Positions 18,511-25,966 of a stretch of 64,000 bases of DNA are shown here, piece after piece. Under the pieces are notes generated by a model. The model saw only the letters and a program-made list of their open reading frames with translations. It made no database searches and had not been told where the DNA came from. The number at the start of each line of letters is the position of its first letter. Within the stretch, counting starts at the first letter, position 1. This stretch comes from Melioribacteraceae bacterium. Its GTDB lineage: Bacteria; Bacteroidota; Ignavibacteria; Ignavibacteriales; Melioribacteraceae. The DNA lies in the NCBI GenBank assembly GCA_016342755.1, contig JAEINS010000018.1:19279-83278 (forward strand), read 5' to 3'. The position numbers were made by a program, and so were the translations under genes.

Positions 18511-18927
18511 ATGAAAAGGACTCAAAAATTAACAGATAACATTCAACTACTTGTCATTTCACTATTAATAATTTCCAGCAATATTTTTGCTCAGCAAAGA
18601 GGACAGCAAAACGAACCTCCACGAACACCAGATATAACTGGATTAGTTGATGAATTGGGTTCAAAACTTTCATTATCAAGCGATCAAAAATCCACGGTTA
18701 AAGATTTGTTCATTTCTCATTTTGAAGAAGTTGAAGGTTTAATGAAATCAGACCGTGGAGAAAGAGATGCAATGCATACTAAAATGCAAAAACTTAAAAG
18801 TAATTTAGATAATGCTATAATTGCGCTGCTTAATGATGATCAAATTGAGGCATTCAAAGAACTTCAGAAAAATCAGAATAAACAAAGAAATAATAGACAA
18901 CCAAGAAATCAGAGACCACAAAGATAA
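18511..18927 (+). CDS. Hypothetical secreted protein with an LTxxQ-like motif and a basic Q/N/R/P-rich tail
   Basis: Signal peptide, LSSDQKSTVKDLF, DDQIEAFKELQ, tail NNRQPRNQRPQR. I prefer the ATG at 18511, preceded by GGAGA, over the ORF-track TTG at 18499. Confidence 0.6.
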   Translation: MKRTQKLTDNIQLLVISLLIISSNIFAQQRGQQNEPPRTPDITGLVDELGSKLSLSSDQKSTVKDLFISHFEEVEGLMKSDRGERDAMHTKMQKLKSNLDNAIIALLNDDQIEAFKELQKNQNKQRNNRQPRNQRPQR

Positions 18928-18943
18928 AATTGACGCACCCCGA

Positions 18944-18995
18944 CACTGCAATCCAAATCCCTCCCTTTTCTTTTAGGATTGTAGTGTTTTATTTT
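18944..18995 (+). terminator. Intrinsic terminator
   Basis: CACTGCAATCC ... GGATTGTAGTG (one G:U pair), followed by TTTTATTTT. Confidence 0.6.
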
Positions 18996-19050
18996 ACAAA
19001 TCAACTCACCAAATATTCCCCATAAACTCATGAATTAAATTTCACACTTA

Positions 19051-19080
19051 CCACAAGTAATTTCAAAAAACAGCGTCTTA
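19051..19080 (+). promoter_or_regulatory. ECF-type promoter motif, copy 3 (upstream of the ferredoxin operon)
   Basis: CCACAAGTAATTTCAAAAAACAGCGTCTTA. Same spacing. It lies 44 nt upstream of the ATG. Confidence 0.6.
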
Positions 19081-19117
19081 AAGAGTAGAGCAGATTATAA
19101 AATTGAGGATATGAAAA

Positions 19118-19333
19118 ATGTCAATTCAAAGTATTAACGGATGTATAGGTTGTGAAACATGCATAAAAATGTGCCCGACTGATGTAATTCGTTTAGATCC
19201 CAAAACAAAAAAAGCCGTTATAAAATATCCGGCTGATTGCCAAATTTGTCATTTGTGCAGAATGTATTGTCCGGTTGATGCAATCACAATTTCACCGGAA
19301 AAATCAATTCCAGTTATTGTATCGTGGGGATAA
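19118..19333 (+). CDS. 2x[4Fe-4S] ferredoxin
   Basis: 71 aa with two CxxCxxCxxxCP motifs (CIGCETCIKMCP, CQICHLCRMYCP). Confidence 0.9.
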   Translation: MSIQSINGCIGCETCIKMCPTDVIRLDPKTKKAVIKYPADCQICHLCRMYCPVDAITISPEKSIPVIVSWG

Positions 19334-19334
19334 T

Positions 19335-19955
19335 ATGAAAAAGTATAATCTAACTTTTATATCAATAGTTTTTTTAGTACTCCCAATATTCCTATTGCTG
19401 ATGGGAGATTTTAAAGAGAGAACATTACTAAAGGATTCAATCTCAATTTTAACAATTATTGCTTTCTGTTTAATGTCCGGACAATTATTTCTTAACCGGA
19501 ATTACAGAAAAATCAGACATGATATGAAGATGAGCAGCGTTGTTAAAATTCATAAGTTTATTGGATATTCCTTTTTAGTTGTTCTTTTAGTTCACCCTTT
19601 TCTGATTGTTGTTCCAAGATTTTTTGAATCGGGTGTTGAACCAATTGATGCATTTATGACTATTATAACTACGTTTAACAGTCTGGGTGTTATACTTGGA
19701 ATAATAGCCTGGTGTTTACTGCTGGTTTTAGGAATCACATCAATGTTTCGTAATAAACTTAAATTTAGTTATAAAACATGGCGTGTATTCCATGGAATCC
19801 TGGCATTTGCCTTTATAGTATTTGCTGTTTGGCATGTTATTGATCTTGGTCGTCATATAAATTTTTTAATGTCTGTATATCTAATTGCTATAGCTTTCTT
19901 CGGTATCGTACTCCTACTAAATACTTACTTATTTAATTCATCAACAAGGGTTTGA
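19335..19955 (+). CDS. Ferric-reductase-like (MsrQ/YedZ-type) transmembrane haem-binding protein
   Basis: About 6 TM helices with conserved His in the helices (HKFIGY...LLVHPF; VFHGILAF...VWHV). I prefer the ATG at 19335, 1 nt after the ferredoxin stop. The ORF-track start at 19275 would overlap the ferredoxin gene. Confidence 0.65.
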   Translation: MKKYNLTFISIVFLVLPIFLLLMGDFKERTLLKDSISILTIIAFCLMSGQLFLNRNYRKIRHDMKMSSVVKIHKFIGYSFLVVLLVHPFLIVVPRFFESGVEPIDAFMTIITTFNSLGVILGIIAWCLLLVLGITSMFRNKLKFSYKTWRVFHGILAFAFIVFAVWHVIDLGRHINFLMSVYLIAIAFFGIVLLLNTYLFNSSTRV

Positions 19956-19959
19956 GAAA

Positions 19960-21714
19960 ATGACTATACAAAGTGGAATTAATAAAATAACACGACGGAA
20001 TTTTTTAGCCTTGGCCGGAGGCACCGTAGGAATGGCGGCTCTAGCTTCAATGGGTGTTCCGGCAAGTTTTATAGAAAATAATCTGGAGATAGATTTAGAT
20101 AAGATAGATCATCAGGAAAATGAAGCTGATGTGTTAGTAATTGGCGGAGGAATGGCTGGTTTATTTGCGGCAGTAAAGGCACACGATGCCGGAGCAAAAG
20201 TTATGCTTGTTTCAAAAGGCAGTTTAGGTTCATCAGGGCAAACACCCTTTGCTAAAGGGATATTTGCGTATGATAAAGATTTAACCAACGTAAGTCTTGA
20301 TGAATTTGTTGATCAAGTATCAAGATCGGCAATAGGGACTAATAATCCGGTCTATACAAAACAAATGGCTGAACACTCACTGGCCAGAGTTACTGATCTT
20401 AGAGAATGGGGATTTTTTGATTCACCGCTTTATAACAATTCTTTCAACAAACCAATTAAAGAACGTAACATTCCGGTAATGGAACGAATTACAATTACAC
20501 ATCTCATTAAAGAAAATGATCGTATTGCTGGTGCAGCCGGATTTAGTGTTGATGAGGAGAAAGTACATTTTTTTAACGCTAAAAGTGTAATACTCTGTAC
20601 CGGAGCCGGCGGATTTAAACCAAACGGATTTCCAATTTGTGACTTAACACATGATGGAACTGTTATGGCTTATAACATAGGTGCAAAAGTAACCGGGAAA
20701 GAATGGAACGATGGTCATCCGGGACAATCGATAAATGCGGCCTCCTGCTTTGATGGCTGGCATGGGATGTTTGAAAGGAAGCCTGGTTTAACAAGTGTAG
20801 AGATACATCACGACTTAGGCGTAGATATGAATTATATGGCATACATGAATGGAAATCCTTTGCAGATGGGGCCTCCCGGGATGAATAATCAGAAAGGAAG
20901 TACTGGAGGACCTTATCGCCCAGAAGAGTTTAGTAGAAAAGAACCACCGGGAGGAGATAACAAACCACCAGGAAGAGAACAACCAAAAGAAGGCGGAGCG
21001 CCTCCTGGAATGGGCGGAACAGTAGTTGGCGGTTCTTCAGCCGGGATGTCAATTCATAAATCGGAAGGATTGGTTCCAATCAATGATAAATGTGAATCTA
21101 CAATTCCCGGACTATATGCAGCCGGTGATGCATTAGGTTCATATATGGCTGGGGCAATCTATACACAGATAGGTTCATCACTAGCCGGATCAGCAGTACA
21201 GGGAGCTGTTGCCGCAGAAGCCGCGGCGAAATATAGCAAGTATATTGAATTCCAAAATATTTCTAAAAATGTCATGAATAAAATTGAAGAAGAAATACTT
21301 GCACCATTAAAAAGAGATGCAGGTTATAGTCCGGCCTGGGTAACACAAACTTTGCAAGGGATTATGATTCCCAACTTTGTATTATATATAAAGAAAGAAA
21401 GCATGTTAAAGGCGGCATTAGCATATATCGAAGAATTGAGAGATCACCATATGCCTATGTTAAAAGCAGCTGATATGCACGAACTTAGATTAGCCCATGA
21501 AACTAGGAACATGATTTTAAGTGCGGAAATGAAATTAAAAGCTTCAATCATGCGTACAGAAAGCCGCTGTAGTCATTACCGCCTCGATTATCCAGATATG
21601 GATAATGAAAACTGGCAAGCATGGATAAACATTTATAAAGGATCTGATGAAACAATGCAATTTGAAAAACAACCTTTTGACTCATGGCCGAATGGTAAAA
21701 GGATTATTGTTTAA
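19960..21714 (+). CDS. Tat-exported FAD-dependent oxidoreductase (fumarate reductase/AprA-like flavoprotein fold)
   Basis: Twin-arginine signal TRRNFLALAGG, FAD dinucleotide motif DVLVIGGGMAGLFAA, late FAD motif GLYAAGDA, C-terminal ESRCSHYR block. Confidence 0.8.
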   Translation: MTIQSGINKITRRNFLALAGGTVGMAALASMGVPASFIENNLEIDLDKIDHQENEADVLVIGGGMAGLFAAVKAHDAGAKVMLVSKGSLGSSGQTPFAKGIFAYDKDLTNVSLDEFVDQVSRSAIGTNNPVYTKQMAEHSLARVTDLREWGFFDSPLYNNSFNKPIKERNIPVMERITITHLIKENDRIAGAAGFSVDEEKVHFFNAKSVILCTGAGGFKPNGFPICDLTHDGTVMAYNIGAKVTGKEWNDGHPGQSINAASCFDGWHGMFERKPGLTSVEIHHDLGVDMNYMAYMNGNPLQMGPPGMNNQKGSTGGPYRPEEFSRKEPPGGDNKPPGREQPKEGGAPPGMGGTVVGGSSAGMSIHKSEGLVPINDKCESTIPGLYAAGDALGSYMAGAIYTQIGSSLAGSAVQGAVAAEAAAKYSKYIEFQNISKNVMNKIEEEILAPLKRDAGYSPAWVTQTLQGIMIPNFVLYIKKESMLKAALAYIEELRDHHMPMLKAADMHELRLAHETRNMILSAEMKLKASIMRTESRCSHYRLDYPDMDNENWQAWINIYKGSDETMQFEKQPFDSWPNGKRIIV

Positions 21715-21727
21715 TATAAATGTTTTT

Positions 21728-21755
21728 GTGAGGAGCGGGCTAGCCCGTTCCCCAC
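21728..21755 (+). terminator. GC-rich stem-loop after the flavoprotein gene (no T tract)
   Basis: GTGAGGAGCGGGC-ta-GCCCGTTCCCCAC, 14 nt past the stop codon. Confidence 0.4.
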
Positions 21756-21858
21756 ATTACATACCTTTATCTAACCATATTTACTGCCGCTTCACTAATA
21801 AATAATCCCTTCCCGCGTTCATCGCAAAATCTACTACGCTTATAATTTTTACAATTCT

Positions 21859-21888
21859 GCACAAGTTATTCCTAAAAACATCGTCTTA
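21859..21888 (+). promoter_or_regulatory. ECF-type promoter motif, copy 4 (upstream of CotH-1)
   Basis: GCACAAGTTATTCCTAAAAACATCGTCTTA. Same spacing. It lies 50 nt upstream of the ATG. Confidence 0.6.
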
Positions 21889-21931
21889 GTATCTAGGAGA
21901 CAGTTAGAATCAATTATATATGAGGTAAACC

Positions 21932-23335
21932 ATGTTAAAATTAAAAAGCATTTTAGCACTTTTATTCTTCACATTTCTATTATTGAATTGCGAGGATACC
22001 GTAACGGATACCGGGGATGTATCTTCTAAAATTGAGTATACAACAGATCTCGATCTATCCGACTGGTCTGAAACAACACATGGCAAAGGTGCCGACCCTG
22101 ACTATGATATTGTATTTCCCCAAGACAAAGTAAATAGAATTGATATTGTAATTACTGAAAATAACTGGGATGTTATGCTTGAAGATATGACATCAAAATA
22201 CGGCAGTTTTGGAGGAAGCTCAGGAAGGCCTGCAATGCCTAGCGATTCAGATGAGAATCCTATTTATGTACCATGTTCATTCTACTTTAACAATGTACAA
22301 TGGTATCAGGTTGGGATTAGATTTAAAGGGAATTCGAGTTTAACAACTGCCTGGCAGCAGGGTATTTGGAAATTACCGTTCAGACTACATTTTGACAAAT
22401 TTGAAGATGATTATCCGGAAATAAATAACCAGAGATTTTACGGATTCAAGGAACTTGCTCTATCAAGTAATTATGATGATAACTCACTACTTCGAGAAAA
22501 AGTTGCTCCGGAAATATTTAGAGATTTTGGAGTTGCTGCCCCGCAGACAGCATTTTACAGAGTGTACATTGATAATGGTGATGGCCCCATCTACTTTGGT
22601 CTTTATACAATGGTTGAAAAAGTAGAGGATACAATGTTAGATGATCAGTTTTCTGATAACGATGGAAACCTTTATAAACCTGAAGGAACCGGAGCAAGCT
22701 TTGCAGTAAATTCTTTTAATACTGCCGACTTCGAAAAAAAGACAAATGAAGAAACAGATTGGTCGGATATAGAAAACTTATTTGATGTTTTGCATTCTTC
22801 TACAAGAACAAGCGATGCCTCAGTTTGGAGAAACAATCTGGAAGCAACATTTAATGTTGATGTATTTTTAAAATGGCTTGCTGTTAATAACACAATTCAG
22901 AATTGGGATACCTACGGCAGAATGACTCATAATTATTATCTGTACAATAATCCTAAAGACAATCGGTTAACCTGGATTCCATGGGATAATAATGAAGCTT
23001 TCCAAACTGGCAAACAAAGTGGTGCAATATCAATAACTTGCAATGATGTAAGCAATAGCTGGCCATTAATAAGATATTTAATAGATGATGAAGTATATCT
23101 AGCTAAATATAAAGCTAACTTAAAACAAGTTATAGAAATGGCTTTTGAACCATCGAATATGATTTCCAAGTATCAGGACTATTCAAATCTCATTCGTGAA
23201 CATGTTGTTGGTGAAAACGGAGAAAAAAACAACTACTCATTTTTAAACTCAGACTCTGAATTTGATTCAGCTGTAAATTATTTAATCTCGCATGTAAACA
23301 GTAGAAATAGTGTAGTTAAAAACTACGTGGACTAA
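21932..23335 (+). CDS. CotH-family (atypical protein kinase fold) lipoprotein
   Basis: Lipobox LLNCE. CotH-like blocks: VGIRFKGNSS, YGFKELALSSNYDDNSLLREK, FGLYTMVEKVEDTMLD, GNLYKPEG, NYYLYNNP......IPWD.N. Confidence 0.8.
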   Translation: MLKLKSILALLFFTFLLLNCEDTVTDTGDVSSKIEYTTDLDLSDWSETTHGKGADPDYDIVFPQDKVNRIDIVITENNWDVMLEDMTSKYGSFGGSSGRPAMPSDSDENPIYVPCSFYFNNVQWYQVGIRFKGNSSLTTAWQQGIWKLPFRLHFDKFEDDYPEINNQRFYGFKELALSSNYDDNSLLREKVAPEIFRDFGVAAPQTAFYRVYIDNGDGPIYFGLYTMVEKVEDTMLDDQFSDNDGNLYKPEGTGASFAVNSFNTADFEKKTNEETDWSDIENLFDVLHSSTRTSDASVWRNNLEATFNVDVFLKWLAVNNTIQNWDTYGRMTHNYYLYNNPKDNRLTWIPWDNNEAFQTGKQSGAISITCNDVSNSWPLIRYLIDDEVYLAKYKANLKQVIEMAFEPSNMISKYQDYSNLIREHVVGENGEKNNYSFLNSDSEFDSAVNYLISHVNSRNSVVKNYVD

Positions 23336-23368
23336 TTTCATCTAACTATAGATAATACAAAAAAGGAA

Positions 23369-23398
23369 GTGCAAGTTTTCTTAACAAATGTCGTCTTA
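23369..23398 (+). promoter_or_regulatory. ECF-type promoter motif, copy 5 (upstream of the MFP-like/VTC/DUF4956/beta-helix operon)
   Basis: GTGCAAGTTTTCTTAACAAATGTCGTCTTA. Same spacing. It lies 46 nt upstream of the TTG start. Confidence 0.6.
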
Positions 23399-23437
23399 TA
23401 ATTTAACGACAGAATGAAAAATTAAAAGGTTTACAAA

Positions 23438-24496
23438 TTGAATAAGAGAACCCAAATAATATTACTCATTGCAACTAGTTTTGCTTTACTGTGTTCATTC
23501 TATTTGCCAATTGAAGTTCCCTATACTATAAGCGGTATCGCGAAGATACTTCCTAATAAACAGTTAATATTATCGCGTGGCTCGGATGGTGACATTTTAA
23601 CAAATACAGTAAATCATATTAGCGGGGTCAACAATTCTTATCAGCTAACATCCTTTGAACGTGGTGAATCAATGTTGTTAAATCTAACTCCAACACTGCG
23701 CAATGGACAGATAGTTGAGAAAGGTGATACACTTGGTGTTATCTATTCAAGCAGACAACAGGAAGCATTAATTGAGCTTAATGGTGAACTAGGAATTTTA
23801 AAAGCTACTCTTAAATCAAATATGAGTGGTGAAAAGAAAACTGAAGTAAAAGAAGCAGAAGAAAGAATGGAGATGGCAAAATCTGAATATCATAAACAAT
23901 CACAAATTGTTGAAAGATTAAATGCTCTTATGCAAAGAGATTTAATTGCTAAAGAAGAGTACCAAACAGCTTCAGATGAGCTTATAGTTCTTTCGAAAGC
24001 AATAAACGTACGCAAAGCAGAGTTAGAATCATGTTTGAGCGGAGTAAAAGCTGAAGAAATAAATACACTTAAAAAGCAAATAAACGCTATTGAGAATAAG
24101 ATTTCTTTCTTGAACAAAAAGGCAGCAAAACAAAATTCAATTACTGCTCCTTTTAGCGGAAGAATAGATAGATCTTTTTCAAACGATACACTATTTACAT
24201 TATCAAACTTTGATAGCGGAATTGCTTTCATACCAGTTCCATTAAAAGAAGCTTCCTATATTGAAACTAATGAGTTAGTATCATTTGAGTTAACAAATAC
24301 TAATTCAGCTTTATCTGGAACTGTACAAACGAAACAGCCGGTAATGCAATTTATTGGCGGGAAACAATGTTTGATAATATTAGCTCAGATAGATAATTTA
24401 TCAAATAATTTTATTTCCGGAATAATAGCTCAAGCTCAAATTCAATGTGAGCCGGTTCAACTCGATACATTTATTATAAGAACTATTTTTAACTGA
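23438..24496 (+). CDS. HlyD/membrane-fusion-protein-like periplasmic adaptor (TTG start)
   Basis: N-terminal TM helix, lipoyl-like VEKGDTLGVIYS, long coiled-coil hairpin, ITAPFSGRI beta-barrel motif. Confidence 0.65.
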   Translation: MNKRTQIILLIATSFALLCSFYLPIEVPYTISGIAKILPNKQLILSRGSDGDILTNTVNHISGVNNSYQLTSFERGESMLLNLTPTLRNGQIVEKGDTLGVIYSSRQQEALIELNGELGILKATLKSNMSGEKKTEVKEAEERMEMAKSEYHKQSQIVERLNALMQRDLIAKEEYQTASDELIVLSKAINVRKAELESCLSGVKAEEINTLKKQINAIENKISFLNKKAAKQNSITAPFSGRIDRSFSNDTLFTLSNFDSGIAFIPVPLKEASYIETNELVSFELTNTNSALSGTVQTKQPVMQFIGGKQCLIILAQIDNLSNNFISGIIAQAQIQCEPVQLDTFIIRTIFN

Positions 24497-24505
24497 GGTG
24501 AGAAC

Positions 24506-25288
24506 ATGGCTTCAAGATACGAATACAAATATTTAGTGCCGAATGAATTAGCGGATGTACTGAGAGCAGAAATGGCTCCATTTGTTGAGTTAGATAATTT
24601 TGCAAAAAAACATGAAACTGGTCAATATACTGTAAGAAGCATCTACTTCGATTCTCCAAGGTTTACATGTTATAAAGAAAAATATGACGGAATTAAAATT
24701 AGAAATAAATATAGAATTAGAGGCTATGATACTTTAGCAGATGATAGCATAATATTTTTAGAAATAAAACATAAAGACACAAATTGCATTTCTAAAAGCC
24801 GGGCACCGCTTTACTATTCTGATGTATACAAAACATTAGATGCTAGAAGAATAGATGAGTTTATCCTTTCGTTTAGCGGTAATGGAATTGAAAAAAAAGA
24901 TGCTCAAAAATTTCTATATCATTATTATAAAAATAATTTACGTCCGGCTGTGCTGGTTATTTATGATCGTGAAGCTTTTTGGGGGAAATTTGATACTTCA
25001 CTCAGATTCACATTTGATAAAAATTTACGGAGTGTGATTTTCCCGAACTTACAAAATCTATATGATGAAGAAAGAGCAAAACAGACAATGGTAAACAACT
25101 TTGTCTTTGAAGTAAAGTTTTATGGAACTTTACCAGCATGGATAAAATCGATTATAAGTAAATATCGTTTAAACAGACAAGCGATTTCCAAGTATACATT
25201 ATCATTAGAAACTCATTCGGAATTTAACAACCAACGTTTTGCAACAAGTAACTTGATGATTAATCATCGGGAGTGTTCTTATGTTTAA
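24506..25288 (+). CDS. VTC-domain protein (polyphosphate polymerase / triphosphate-tunnel domain)
   Basis: 260 aa. N-terminal RYEYKYLV, then repeated basic/acidic beta-strand motifs (VRSIYFDS, KIRNKYRIRGY, FLEIKHK, FVFEVKF) typical of CYTH/VTC tunnel proteins. Confidence 0.7.
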   Translation: MASRYEYKYLVPNELADVLRAEMAPFVELDNFAKKHETGQYTVRSIYFDSPRFTCYKEKYDGIKIRNKYRIRGYDTLADDSIIFLEIKHKDTNCISKSRAPLYYSDVYKTLDARRIDEFILSFSGNGIEKKDAQKFLYHYYKNNLRPAVLVIYDREAFWGKFDTSLRFTFDKNLRSVIFPNLQNLYDEERAKQTMVNNFVFEVKFYGTLPAWIKSIISKYRLNRQAISKYTLSLETHSEFNNQRFATSNLMINHRECSYV

Positions 25289-25955
25289 TGAATTTCAAAG
25301 CTTTAACATGTTCCCAGTTACAATATCAGAAATTGTAACAAACGTAATTGTTGCATTGATATGCGGATTATTTATCGCCCACATATATAAAAAATCATAT
25401 CGCGGTGCTGGCTATTCCGCGGCATTTGTTAATTCTATGATTATACTTACTATAATAACCGCTATTGTAATAATGGTTATTGGTAATAACCTTGCGCGCG
25501 CGTTTGGTCTGGTTGGTGCAATGTCAATCATTCGTTTTAGAACTGCCGTTAAAGATACACAAGATATTGTATTTCTTTTCTTCGGATTAGCAATAGGAAT
25601 GGCAGCAGGTGTTGGTTATCATAAAATGGCAATCTTTGGATCTGTATTTGTCGGGATAATTATTTTAATACTTACAAAGTCTAACTTTACCTCTACCAGA
25701 CAAGATGAATACTTACTGCAATTTGCATACGCTGCAAAGGGAGATACATCTACTCCGTATCTACCAATTCTAAATAAATTTTGTAGACGGCATAATATTA
25801 TCAATGCAAAAACTATTGAGAACCAAGGTATTATGGAACTCTCATATTATGTCAAATTCAAAAATATATCACGTAATCCTGAGTTTATAAAAGCATTAGA
25901 TAATACACATGGCGTAAAAAATATAAATCTCTTTTTTGATGAAGAGCAAATCTAA
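25281..25955 (+). CDS. DUF4956-family membrane protein
   Basis: Four or five TM helices and the signature block ARAFGLVGAMSIIRFRTAVKDTQDIVFLFFGLAIGMAAG. Overlaps the VTC gene by 8 nt. Confidence 0.7.
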   Translation: MFNEFQSFNMFPVTISEIVTNVIVALICGLFIAHIYKKSYRGAGYSAAFVNSMIILTIITAIVIMVIGNNLARAFGLVGAMSIIRFRTAVKDTQDIVFLFFGLAIGMAAGVGYHKMAIFGSVFVGIIILILTKSNFTSTRQDEYLLQFAYAAKGDTSTPYLPILNKFCRRHNIINAKTIENQGIMELSYYVKFKNISRNPEFIKALDNTHGVKNINLFFDEEQI

Positions 25956-25966
25956 AGGAGGACAAA

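Noticed and set aside
19275-19334. The ORF-track N-terminal extension of the ferric-reductase-like gene (MMQSQFHRKNQFQLLYRGDN).
   Set aside because: It would overlap the ferredoxin gene by 59 nt. The ATG at 19335 gives a normal MKKYNL... N-terminus 1 nt after the ferredoxin stop.
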